This document shows, one piece after another, positions 1 through 12,800 of a stretch of DNA of 64,000 bases. The position numbers and the translations under genes were made by a program. Every line of letters starts with the position of its first letter. The stretch's first letter is position 1. Under the pieces are notes generated by a model. That model was not told the origin of the DNA and ran no database searches. It was given only the letters and a program-made list of their open reading frames with translations. This stretch comes from Vicugna vicugna. Its lineage: Eukaryota. The stretch spans positions 1,426,001 through 1,490,000 of the forward strand of contig MU058636.1 in NCBI GenBank assembly GCA_013265495.1, read 5' to 3'.

Positions 1-2650
1 GCTGCCTCACTCGGGAGGCTGGTGCACCTGCCGGGTTCTGCTTGACCTCAAGGCCCTGAAAATCGGGTGTCAGGGAGACATGGAAATCAGAAGAGCTGGC
101 CTGGGAGGTGCTCAGACCTGCTGAAGGAGGCATCCTAGGAAAGGAGCTCCAGCCCTGTTGCGGGGGGATGTGTTCCAACCAAGCGGACACGGCCGGCTTG
201 TCCTGGCACTGCATCCTTCAGGCAGAGTCCAGGGTAGAGGACAGAACTCTGCTGCCAGGAAGGCAAGAGAGGCCGTGGATCTCACATGCCGAGGATGGTG
301 TGTGCCGGGCTCTGGTGCATGGGACTAGGGAAAAGAAGGAAGAACTTCGGTAATGAGCACATAGCTTCAGGGATCAGACCCAAAGGCAGTAAAATAGATG
401 CTCTAGTGAGTTGTCAGGGGGCAAAGAGGCAAAAACTCAGCTTAGGGTATGCTGCCAAGTGGAGCAAAGCCAAAGCAGTTGGGTTACTGAGCATTACCTA
501 CTTCAAAGGGAGCCGTAACACTTGGTGGAAAAAACGTCTGGAAGGTAGACACAAGCTGACTTACTGACTGTAGAAATTACAGTTTTTCCAGGGAGGGCCC
601 CAGTCAGGGGCCGTACCTTCAGTGTGATGCGTTCAGCAAACATTTACCGAGCGCCTGGGCTTTGTGTGTTCCTCAGGCACTGGAGCCGGTGGCGGGCTGC
701 CTTGGACCCGAGCACCACATGGCCGGTGGACATCCAGTCTCGTCTTCATGTTGTTCTGCCTGAAACCCCCGAAAAGGTCACTGGGGTTTAGAAAGACAGG
801 CGTCTCCTGCGGGAAGACGTGGATTCGGGAGGCGCCACTGAACCTTTTAAGGACACTGTCACAGAGCGGTCCCTCTTGCCCCCGCAGAGCCCCAGGAGAA
901 CGGAGGGAGGCTGGAATCACCGCAGGAGAGTCCCAAACACCATGACTCATGTTTGACAATAGTCAGAGAAACCACTTGGCAGATCTGCTGAGAACTTCAT
1001 TGTGTCCCACTTAAGAGCCTGTGTTCTGGGTTGATGGTAACATAGTTATTTAGTCGTCTCTCTGCAGCATCCAGAACAGCCTCATCCCAGCAATGGACTG
1101 AGCTTTCAGAGGCAATTCGGAGGGAGATGATTCAGAGGGAGACTCGAACAGCGCCCGTGTGGAGTGCTTTGTGCACAGTCTCTGTGTCAGTGTGAACTGA
1201 CTTAGTCCGACAGATGACAATGCTGAGGCTCAGACAGGTTAAGTGACTTGCCCCAGGTGACACAGCCAATGCCTAGCAGAGCTGAGAGGTAAGGCTTGAC
1301 CACTCCACTCTCTGGCCTCGCCCAAACAAGGAGGCTTCCAAGCTGGATAACCGGGGAAACAGCCGTGGATTTGTGTGTGTGAGGCCACGCCCAGTTCTGG
1401 AACTTTCTCCTTTTTGGCATTTTACTTCTTCCCAGAGAAGGAAATGACACAGATGCCGACCGCAATTTCCAGGGCTCAAGGAGCGTCCACTGGACAAAAC
1501 GTAGGTACCAGCAGATGTAGGCTGGTGTCACTGACAGAGAACGTTCAGGGTGTGACAAGCCAGTAGGACAGATTCAAAAGCGACACTGTCACCTTGACCA
1601 TGATGGTGGTTTCATGGGCGTATGCATATCTGGAAACTCATGAAGTTGTATCCCTTACATGTGTCCCATTTTTGGAATCAATTATATGTCACTAAAGCTC
1701 TCGAAACATTAAAAAAATTGACACAATGTCTAAATGATGATTTATATAAGAAGCACAGTTGATACAAGGTACCAACGGCGATTTATATTTGTCTCCTAAA
1801 AAGTAATCTCTAGTGCAGAGGCAGAAAACTCACGTGGCCTGTGGCCCTGGCGGGTGGCGCAAAAGTGACACAAAAGAGCTGGCTTAATCAGGGTGACCTG
1901 CAGCTCCGTGTCCTGCTGGGAGAGCGGCCCTTGCAGACGGCCACAGTCACGGGGGTGGGGGGCTAGAGGGGTTAGACGTTCTGCTCACTCACCGCTGCAG
2001 CGTTCCTGCCAACGAGACCCCTCTCCCCAAAGAAGGGCTCCGACGCGGCTGGGAGGAAGGTCAGACAGGAAAGAGAAGTGCCTTTGATGGCCTCCACTTC
2101 TTTCCCTGACATCCTGTATCACTCCACTCAGGCCAGTCACCATGACATTGATTGATTCATTCACTCACCCAGACTGTCGCTGGTCATCACTCATCATTTG
2201 TTCGGCACTCACAGTCTGCTGGATGTCACCTGAGCTGAACTATAGGTTATAAAAATGAATAAAGCACAACTCCTGTCTTCCAGTTGTTAGCTGTCTAGCA
2301 AGGAGATAGGCCTGTTAAATACGTGCTGTTCTGTGATTTGCGCTTGGAGAGGCCGTGCCTGGGAGCTGGGCTGGGGCTTTCCAGAGCTTCCTAAGGGTGG
2401 AGGGGGTGTCCCCAGGTGGAGAGGGTGGATCAGGCTGGAAGGGACATCTCTGTCGGAGAGAGCAGCGCAGACAAGAAATCACAAGCAATTGGCTCATCCA
2501 GTAGTCCTTCCAGCTACCCCGGCTCCAGTCTCCAGCCACTGCTGATCAATCCTGAATCCATCACTGGACTGTTTTTCTGAAAGGCCGGTTTTCACCATGT
2601 CAGTCCCCTGCTCCAACCCTTTCATGGCTTAGGACAAAAACCCCAGTGTC

Positions 2651-2922
2651 TTTTATTTTTAATTGCTGTATGGTTGGTTTACAATATGGTGTTAGATTCA
2701 GGTGTACAGCAAAGTGATTCAGTTATACATTTATTTTTTCATATTGTTTTCATTATAGGTTATCCCAAGACATTGAATATAGTTCCTTGTGTTACACAGT
2801 AAGTGCTTGTGGTTTAGCTGTTTCATGTGCGGTCATTTGTATCTGTTAGTCTCAGACTTCTAGTTTATCCCTTTCCCCTTTGGTCACCACACGTCTGTAT
2901 CCTGTCTGAGAGTCTGTTTCCG
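2651..2922 (-). mobile_element. 5'-truncated young L1 3' end
   Basis: GGTGTACAGCAAAGTGATTCAGTTATACAT motif; flanking near-direct repeat AAC(C)CCAGTGTCTT at about 2639 and 2924. Confidence 0.8.
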
Positions 2923-4364
2923 AAACCCAGTGTCTTGACTGGTGCCTGAGGCCCTCCGCCCGCCGTCAGAGGCCCGCCCACTGCTGGGCAGATGTCCCGC
3001 CCCTGGTGCCCAGGCAGCCTCTCCTTTAACCAGTGCAGGCCTCCGAAATCTGCAGCCCGGGTGGGAAACGCAAAGCCTCAGAGGCCACAGACCCCTGAAG
3101 GGTGGGAGGTGGCGGAGCAACGAACACAGGAGTGAGGACAGCAGGCCGTCGGCCGTCGGCATTTCCACCGCAGGTCTCCTGCCCGCCGTGCTGGGTGAGC
3201 CTTGCAGGGCTGTGTGGGAGGCTGTCCAGGCTTAGTCCTGCTTCCTCGCCCTTGTCCGGCTGGGCCTCCCTCTTGCACAACCCCCTCTCCTGCCCGCCAC
3301 CTGCCCTTCCCTCAGCTCACAACCTCCCGTGAGGCTCCCTGAAATCCTCCAGGAAACAAACGCTGTCCTCCCGCACCAAACATGTTTGTCCAAAACCAGG
3401 CTCGCTTTCCTTCTCCAAACCAGCCCATCCTCACTTCCCGTCTCTGGGGATGGCTCGGCTGGTCCTCCAGTCTCAGATCTAAATCGTGCCTTCTCCTGTC
3501 TCACCGTCTCCCTCAAACCTAAACACACAGAGCATAGAACTGTGGACAGTTGTAGTTGGAAGGCTCTTTGGGCATCATCTCCTCTGCTGCCCCCACACCC
3601 AGGAATCTCCTTCCTAATAGCTCTGATCAATGGTCTTCCAGATTCTTTTCCATTCTTCTCTTACTGCTCAAAAATTCTTATTGATGAACTAAAAACCTGC
3701 CCCCCCCAGACCCCTCCCGTTCCTCCCACTTTAGCCACAGGGAACGGGTCTTACACTTCTTCTAAATCCATTTGCCGCTGTCTTCTTCACCTTCCTCAGC
3801 TTAAACATCCCTTAAGTATTTTTTAGGTGACATTCCCATGATGTCACCGAGTTGATTACCTCTTTTAACTTGTTATGGTCCTTCCTAAATCTAAAGCCAA
3901 TTCAGTTCTACTCAAAACAAACAAACAAACAAAACCCACAACCCACACAAAACACCCCATTCCTTAAGTCTGCAAAGAGAGAAGCAGCATGCCATAATAA
4001 CTGTGAGCATGAATTCTGGAGTAAAGCTGCCTGTGGTCAAATCCTGCCTCCACCGCTTCCTGGGGGTACAACTGCCCTTCCGTCCTCTCATCCAAGACCA
4101 TGGATGGCAAGCGCTCACCACGCAGGGCAGTCAGGAGGCGCAGATGAGCCGGCACGTGGCCAAGTGCTGAGGGCAGTGCGCGTGCCCAGCAAATGTTCAG
4201 CAGGTGTTTGCTCTTGTTCTTGTTCAACAATATGTCATATGAAAGGCTGATGATTACTGAAACTGAGTGATAGATGGTATGTGGGTTTGTTAGATTGCTT
4301 TTTAAGACTTTGTGTATGTTTGAAATTTTCTACCTTAAAATTAAATTTTAAATGTAACATCATA

Positions 4365-5015
4365 TACACACAATAGAATATTATTCATTCTTTAAAAAAG
4401 GAGGAAATTCTGACACCTGCTACAACATGGATGAACCCTGAGGACATGATGCTTAGTGACAAAAAGACCAATACTGCGTGATTCCACTCAAGTGAGGCGC
4501 CCGGAGTAGTCAGATCCACAGAGACAGGACTTATGGTGGTTGCCAGGGGCTGGGGGTGGCAGGGGTGTGGGGAACTGTTGTTTCAAGGGGACAGAGTTTC
4601 AGTTTTGCAAGATGAAAAGAATTCTGGAGATGGATGGTGGTGATGGTTACATAACAATGTGAATGTACTTTTTTTTTTAAACTTTTTTTATTGAGTTACA
4701 GTCATTTTACAATGCTGTGCCAAATTCCAGGGTAGAGTGCAATTTTTCAGTTATACATGAACATACGTATATTCATTGTCACATTTTTTTTGCTGTGAGC
4801 TACCACAAGATCTTGTATATATTTCCCTGTGCTATATAGTGTAATCTTATCTATTCTACATATGCTTGTCAGTATCTACAAATTTTGAAAGCCCAGTCTA
4901 TCCCTTCCCACCCCTCAATGTGAACGTACTTTAATGCCACCAAGCTGCACATTTAAAATTGGTTGGTTAAGATGGTAAATTTTGTATTATGTGTATTTTA
5001 CCACAATTAAATTTT
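4365..5015 (+). mobile_element. Old L1 (L1MB-like) 3' end interrupted by a younger antisense L1 fragment (about 4671-4915)
   Basis: CAACATGGATGAACCCTGAGGACAT...GAGATGGATGGTGGTGATGG; insert flanked by TSD CAATGTGAA(T/C)GTACTT at 4655 and 4916. Confidence 0.8.
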
Positions 5016-5921
5016 TAATTAATAAGTTTAACAAAATTAATGTATTAATTAGATGAGTGTACCTAATTAGTATCTGAGGACACAAAAATAAACAAGGCAG
5101 TTCCTGTCATTAGTAAGCTCTCAGTAACAGCGGGGAGACATCCATGTAAACCAGTGGTTTCAGTGCAGCAGTGGGGGTGGGCGGCAGGGACACACCCAAG
5201 CCCTGGGGAGGCCTTGCAGAGGGTGGGTTAGCACCAGTGTGGGTGTGCGTGCGGGACGGGGTAAGCGCCCTGGCTCTGTGGCCAGCTTGCCCCCCTGGGA
5301 GGGGGGGCGCTGGCTGTTTTAACAGCGCCCTCCCTTGTATTCGTCTAGGAAGCCCCGTTTGTCCTTGGCTTCACAGGGAGTCAGTTTCCTGGCTTTGTAG
5401 TCAGAGTCTGGGCTCAAACCTGTGGCTGGGGAGACTGACTGAACCTCTCTGAGCCTCAGATTCCCTGCCTGCATCGGGGCCACAACGCCTCCCCCACGGA
5501 GGCGCGGCCGCCCTGGCAGAGCCCGGCCCGCGCTGCGCCTGCTGAGGACTCAGACGACCCCTGCTGCTCCCCTGTCCCCTGAGTGATCCCCCCAGACAAC
5601 TGTCCTTCCATCACGGAGCTTGCGCCCAGACCTCACACCGCAGACGAGCGCGCTCCCACCAGCCTTTCGGTAGGAACTTCAGGGCCGAGGCTACCAATCC
5701 CATTTGTCCCCTCCTCCCAGCAGGGACGCACTGGCTGAGTGACCGGTGTGCTGGGGCAGTGACACCTTGGGACACAAGACACAGGGGAGGGGATGAGAAA
5801 GGGTTCACGTTGCAGGGTGGGAAAGCAGCAGCAAGCCTGTGCCACCGCGTGAGGTGGAAGTGTTTCCGGGGGGCCTTCCCCTCGGGGAGGAGACCGGCCC
5901 AGGCTCCCCATTCTGAGGCCA

Positions 5922-5938
5922 CAGCGCCCCCTGGTGGC
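5922..5938 (-). promoter_or_regulatory. CTCF core motif
   Basis: CAGCGCCCCCTGGTGGC is the reverse complement of GCCACCAGGGGGCGCTG, a near-consensus core. Confidence 0.75.
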
Positions 5939-8350
5939 GTCTCAGCGCACGGTCATCAGTCTTGCCGCTGTCTGTCATTGTCCCCTGACTCTCAGGAATC
6001 TGCCGGTGATTTCAAAACTAAGCACAAAGTCTGACTCCCCCTACAGTAAACCAGTGCCACCGGGGAAGTCACACTCACTCCTGTTCTAATGAGACTTTTG
6101 TCTTGGGCAAAGAGTTCTTTTCTGAAGGGGACCATTTCAACGACATAAACCGGACACCCCTCGTTCTCCTCTGTACTGCAGGCAAGTGCCCGTTTCTCTA
6201 GGGTAAAAAAGTCACCTTTCGGGATGATGCCTGCACAGGTAGCCTCTGCTCCTGACGCATCTCCGACCTCCTCTTGCGCCCCCGCGGCTCCCTCAGCTTC
6301 CTGCCACAGGTCTGTGCTCCTGCCACCCCCCCTCCCTGGGAGTGGTCCTTCCTGGCCGGCTCCCCAGTGTCGTTCTGAGCCACCCCCAAGTGCCACCAAT
6401 CTAAGAGGACCCTTCACACTTCACCCTGGACAATAACGCCATCATCCCGTGTCATCTCCCTGATGACGTCAGGAAGGGTCTTTGTCCCTCTATATTGTCT
6501 ATCCCTCTCCCACACATTTCACATTTGCGTTACTGGTCTGGTTCTCCGCTTTACCGGCAGCATACGAGGCCTGGGCCATAGACACACTCCGTAACTCTTT
6601 GTTGAATGAATCCACTGATTTATCTCTCAAACCCGGGCTCCTCTGCCAGCTCCGCGGCCCACCCTGGCCTGTTCCAGGGCAAGGACCAGGGAGCAAGGGG
6701 AACAGAAAAGGTGCTGTGCTTTTCTTTCAACCGTGATTTTGCAGGGAGCAGTGGGCCCACTGAATATGTGGACTGGCCTGTCTCCAAAGGGCTCACTGAC
6801 TCAGTGAGCAGGTCGCCTGGACCAGTGAGGCTGGGTCTCAGCTCTGCCGGGAAGAGACTCACATCCCTTTTCAATAACCTTTTCCAACTGTATCAGCCAT
6901 TACTGGGCCTTTCTGGTCTCTAACACAGAGCTGTGTATGTGGTGGGGGGGTGCACTTGCCCCCACTCCCATGCCCTCTGTGCAAGGTGAGGGGAGGAAGA
7001 GTATTTTGATGTGGTCACTTTGTAGGATATTTTTGCTGCTCAGGAGAATAGAAGTGGCCCAAGGAGGGTGGAGGGGCAGCAGAGAAAAGCCCCCCTGTTA
7101 TGCTCAGACAGTTCTCATATAGAACTTTCAAATGAGGGGTAAAGGGGTTATTTAACTTCTGAGCACTGGTGTTGAGTAACCACAACTACCAGCAGATGTC
7201 ACTGTCCCACCAGATGTGAAGTGCTGAGGCCAACTGGTAAACCTGGGTGGGGGCAGGTGATAGGAAGAGGCTGGTCCTAATGCTGGGGGGAGTGGTGGCC
7301 TCTGTGGGCTCGTTCGTACCTTGGTTTGCTGTGGGAAGTGAGCACACATCTGGTCTGCTAACTTCCTGAGACTCCGGTGTCTTCTTTTAGTTAGTTTAAT
7401 TAGCTTATTTATCTTGGGGGATGAGTTTTGTCATTTATTTCCTTTGCAACTTAGTACCACTCTGTGCGGTGATCAGCATTGAAGCTGCTGGACTTGGACT
7501 TGAGAGCCACTGGGTTTGGGACTTTCCTGCCCTTTGCTGCCTGCCGATCTGCCCTGGAGCCCTTAGGTCAGACTCTGCCCTGCCCTCCACCCCACCCCTC
7601 CTCACTCCCTGACTTTTGAAGCAGATTTAGGGTAGGACACCAGGGTAGTGGTCACTGTCAAGCTCCCATGTCACCAGGTCCCAACTGTTTTGCTGGCATA
7701 GCGCCCACTCCTGTAGCTGAAATAACCCCCAAGATTCCCCGAGGCCAGGGTATAAACAGCTGGTGCTGGGGACGGGCAGGCACGGAGGGGCATCTGGCCG
7801 GGCCCTGGAAGCCCAGGGAGCTCTTCCTGATGGGTCACTTCTCTGCTCCTTGGGAAGAGCTGCCATGAACCTCAACAGGAGGGTCTGGTCCCTCCAGAGC
7901 CTGTAAACAGGAAGCACCTCTGCTGCGAGGCGGGGAGCAGGCCCAGTTAGAGAGGCTTCAAAGTCTTCATTAGGTTTCTCTCTGTTTTAGACTCTATCCT
8001 GTTGGTGGGAAGAGGAAGGAGAGGCTTGAGAGGCCCCCGGTCTCGTGGTCAGCAGCCATCTGTGCTGCCCTGCTGACCTGACCGCCTCCCTGGTCCTCAC
8101 CTGCTGTGACGCAGCAGTGACAGCTGGGTGACAGGCAGACGTGGCTCTTCTCTTATCTCTTCATTGTCCCCAAATGTGACGTGTCAACGCGAGTCAGCTC
8201 GATAATCGTGCAGCTCCCGCCCCACCCCCACTACGTCGGCTTCAGTGATGGGTTAAGCCTGTTCCGCTTATTCTTTCCACTTGTAGGGCGTTCTTAGCTC
8301 TTCTCTGACTGCATTATCGCCTGCGTGTTTGGGGCTGAGGATAATCTAAA

Positions 8351-8364
8351 GTCTCCATGGCAAC
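8351..8364. promoter_or_regulatory. RFX X-box motif
   Basis: GTCTCCATGGCAAC in non-repetitive, CpG-retaining sequence. Confidence 0.55.
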
Positions 8365-9609
8365 AGACACGGCAGAGGGGCCAGAGTTAGGATGTCGTAG
8401 ACAGACGGGTATGAGCTCGTTTATTCATTCGGCTGACGTCCACTGAGGGCCGAGAAACACCCGGCACCGTGCCGCCTGAACGTCACCTGTGCCACTCACC
8501 CCGCGGCAGCCCCGGTCTCACCTATAACCGCGCAGAGATGACACCTCTGGGCGCCAGGAGGATAGGAAGGAATGCTGTTCGGGGCTGGTCCGCAGGACTC
8601 AATAATGGTTTCCTTTCTTCCTTTGGACCAAACACAAGGGAGGCCATTTCAGAGGATAATTTGATCCATGAAACCTCAATTTGTTAGTCAAATGCGCCCT
8701 GTGGAGACATGGCCACTCTCCTATCATTGTGTAAAAAGCAAGGCCTCTGACCCTGTTCCCTATCTTTAAAAAGTTTACTTTACCTGGGCAAACACCAGGT
8801 ATCAAAGAAACAAATAAGAGCAACACAAAAGTTCAGTTATTCCAGGGGGAGCTAATTAGACTGACCGTCGTCAAATGGCGTCGGGACTGTCAAGCTGTAG
8901 GGTAATGCGGTGAGAGCAGCCTAGGGTTAGGGCCCAAAAGGCCTGGGCCTGACCCCAGCCAGGGTCACGGCTTCCCTAGCTGAAGCATGTGACTTTGGAC
9001 TTAACCTCTCTGTCTTGGGCCAAACGTCCCTTTATCTGAAGTAGGAGGGGTGAGGTGCTGGGTGGTCCGGGAGCCGTGCCTCACTCCTCCCTCTCTCCGG
9101 CCTCCTTCCCACATCCCCGGAGCCCCCACCGTGTCAGGGCTGGACACGGGGGGAAGTGTCGGCAGAGGGCCGCCCTCCCCCTGCCAGGGCGCTTGTTTCT
9201 GTTCTAGATGTACAAGGTGAGGCTCCCAAATGACATAGGTGTTCCAGGAGCTCCAGCTAAGAATAGTCGTTGGTGCTTTTCTTGTAGCTCTCCCTGTGAT
9301 TATAGAACGGTGGACGAGGAGGAGAGAGATTTAGCTCGCCAGAAAGGGCTTCATAGGGGAGACGAATCATCACAGACTCGGTCCCAAAGCTCAGATTCTC
9401 AGAACTCAGCAGGCTGCCGTAGCCGGGAGGGGCAGTCAGCACCACCTAGGGACATTCAGTCCGGATTACTGATGATCTTGTCATCTGCTTTGTGGTACTA
9501 AATGACGTTTTAAAAGTTTTGCCTCATGTAACTTCTTAGTCTTACACCATAAGACACAACATGGCTCAATGCCCTGAGTTTAAATTTAGACAAAAGCCTT
9601 CCTCTTTTT

Positions 9610-9855
9610 TTAAAAAAAAAATATGGTAAACACATAACACAAAGTTTACTGTTTGAATGACTTTTAGGTGCACAGCTCACTGTCATGCAACCAACACCAC
9701 CGTCATCTCCAGAACTTTTTCATCTTCCCCAATTGAAAATCTGTCTCCACTGGACTCTAACTCCCCAGCCCCTGCACCATTCTACTCTCTGTCTCTATGA
9801 ACTTGACTCCTACAGGTACCTCCTGTAAGTAGAATCACACAGTATTTGTCTGTGA
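9610..9855 (-). mobile_element. L1MB-like 3' fragment
   Basis: CACCACCGTCATCTCCAGAACTTTTTCATCTTCCC...AGAATCACACAGTATTTGTC. Confidence 0.7.
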
Positions 9856-12800
9856 CAACAGCTTTATTCTTTCTGCTGCGGGTGGGAAGGAAGGTGCAGG
9901 TTCACCTCAGACAAAACTCGTCTTGGGGAAGGAATAACTCATTGTGAGGTTGCCGGCACCTACGCTGTCCTGGCAGCATAATCCCAAAGACAGTCTCAGT
10001 GGGGGCGGGCTGTGTTGCCATGGCGATTCTGCCCCGGGTCCCCAGCAATCCCCAAAAGGAAAGGATTAGGGGTAACTTTGGAGCCAGTCAACCCTCTCGT
10101 TGGTCACTGGTCTCTAGAGGGGAGCTTGCAAATCCTCAAACCCACCACCCCCCCTCTGAGCCTTGAAGGTGAACTTCTCCCTGTGCCTGGAGGGTACCAC
10201 CTGGGTCAGGTGTGTCTTCCTCACTAGAGCCTTTTCCTGCATCGGGGGCCCATCCTATGAGCTTTCATGCTGCCCCAGCTTTATGCCTATGGAATTCCTT
10301 ATTATAATTAATTGTCCCTTTGCCGGTCACTCTCCCCCCTCCCCCCACTATCTTTGAGCAGGGACTCCATCTTCACTGCTGTGTCCCCTGAGCCTGTCAA
10401 GAGCAGATGTGGTGCTGGGTCCTCTAAGAGCAGAATCTGAGAGGTGCAAATTACTGATTGAGGGCTGCTCGGGGTCGGGGTCAGGGGGAGGTGTGATAAT
10501 AAACAGGGAGCTGAAGGACGTCAGGCAGGGGCTAAGCAAAAATGTGGCTTCAGTTGAAGTCTAGCCTCAGCCAGGTCCCCGGAGCGTTCTGGAACATAGA
10601 CAGCACCACAAAGCCGTCCCATCGGGCATACGGGGCCAGACTTTTGCACCTACAAGAGTCAGTCAGTAGGTGTTAACCCTCCAGGCATTTCCAGGGGATG
10701 TGTCCTTCCAAGCTGCGGCAGCTCTCTGGAGGAGGTGGAGCCGTGTCAGCAGCCAACACTGTCACCCGAGGCACGAGTCGGGCACACAGCACAGTGATTT
10801 GTGGAATGAATTCTTGCTGAGATTATCAATGACTCATTGGAATTAATGCCGTCTAGCGAACATTCCCCATGTGCCAGGCACTGTGCTCTGCCTGTTACCT
10901 GTGCGGTCTCAGTCTGTCTCTAAGCAGCCCTATGAGGCAGGTGCTGATTGCACAAGTGAAGGGACGGACGTCCCGCAAAGGGGGGCATTGCATCCAGGAC
11001 GCACAGAGGCGGGTGGCAGTGTGGAGGCGCCCCTCGCCGGGTGCCAGGTGATGCGCATGCGTAACGTGTGCAACGCTCGGGACTAGACAATGTGCGTTGC
11101 GATCTCTGTCTCTTTAAACAACGCTTACGCCGAGTGGGAAGTACCGTGTTATTTCCTTTCACCAGCTTGCTCTTCTGAAATTTGGGCCTGTGCTGAGCTG
11201 CAGGGGTGTTAAGCTGTGAGGAACATTCAAACAACAAACCTGCAAGTCCCGCCTGCTCCCGGGTAGCTTTCCCCTCCCCTTGTCAACCCTCTCGGTGAAT
11301 TGGAAAGGTGTCCACGGCTTCGGGTTGATTTCTTTTTCAGTCCTAGTCCTTAACCTGGGAGCTCGGGTGGAGGGGAGAGACCCCGCCTTCCTGGCGGGCT
11401 CCCCCGGTGGGAACGCCGTGTCCCCAGCCCTCGCCGCCCTGCCTGTCCCAGGTCCCGAGCCACGGCCGTGTTTGTCCAAATTAGAGTCCGTTTACTCTGC
11501 AAACCACGCTCACGCTTCCGCCGACACTGAGCAGCTGCTGCCCGTGTTTGCACGGTGTGGTCAGCAAGCAGACAGCTGCCCCCGGACAAGCCCCAGGAGG
11601 GAGCAGCCGGCACGCACCGCCGCTTCGGCTCAGCATTGCACAATAGCACCCAAGAAATAAAGCGTTCGTGCAAAGTGTGAAGACCCCTGAGCAACCCACC
11701 ACGGGGCGGCCTCCGAGCCTTCGCTCCGGCACAGCCCTTCTTTCTGGGTAGGAGGAGGCTGGGCTGGCGGTTTCCGAGGCAGCCTCCGCAGCAAGTCCGC
11801 CTGGGTTTGTACCCTGGTTCCCCCGACAGTGGTTTAAGTTCTCTGCGGCTCAGTTTCCTCCCCTGCAACATGGCACTGAGAACGCTGTTGGGGGTTGGGG
11901 CGGTTATAGAAGCTAATGATATGATACGTGGAACAGAGACCCACACACAGTGCGTCTCAGTACAAATATTAGCGTTTACCTGTCTTTCTGCTAAAAGTGC
12001 ACGGAGTGGGGAGGTTTTGGTGGCGGCAGTGGTGTGTTGTTTCTAGCGTTAAGGATCCTTCCAGACAGGAATTTGGCAGTGTGGCATGCTTGTCAGTACT
12101 TGACAGACAGAGCAGCGTTCAGGTGGAACCAGTAAAGATGACAGCTGGATGGATGCCCAGAGTTCTGGTTCTGGCCCCACTCCCCTTGCATGATCCCTGA
12201 TAAGCATCTGACACTGCCCTCTTCCATCCACCCCACCCCCCATCCCTGGGACCCTTCTGGACTCTCCTCTGAGTAGACTCTCTGTGGGGATGTGAGCTTC
12301 CTGGCCCACAGGATACTGTATAGGCATATATCCCACTATTCTTACACTGTGTAGCTCTTTGAGGTTTACAAGGTGTTTCTTTACACATTTATTTGTTCCA
12401 TCTTGAAAGAACCAGTCAGATATTTAATGCTGTACTGAGTCTCCTTGGGCCCTCCAAGGTCAGTTTCCAGTGATCTTGCCTTTGACCAGCAGGCAAGACC
12501 TTCTCCAGCCACGGAGCTTTAAATCAGCGGCAGGATAACATGGGATTCACTGAACAAGGTGCACAGGAATGGGGGTCTCCTCCAGCTGCAGTGCCGGTGA
12601 GCTGCACCCCGCAGGCTCCTCCTGAGTCAGACCCATCCCGTCTCTCCCTGGCCTGGCGGGGCTTCACTGAGCTGCCACCCTCCCCTCCTCTGTGAGGGTG
12701 GCCCTGCAAAGTCCTGACCTGCCAATGAGGGCCAGGCAAGTGAGGGGACGTTGGAAAATCCCAGGTGATCCTTCTTTGGAAAGGAGTGGAAGACGAGGGT

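Noticed and set aside
11350..11946. 198-aa minus-strand ORF and neighbours
   Set aside because: GC-rich stop-poor sequence partly overlapping a MIR-like fragment; no recognisable family.
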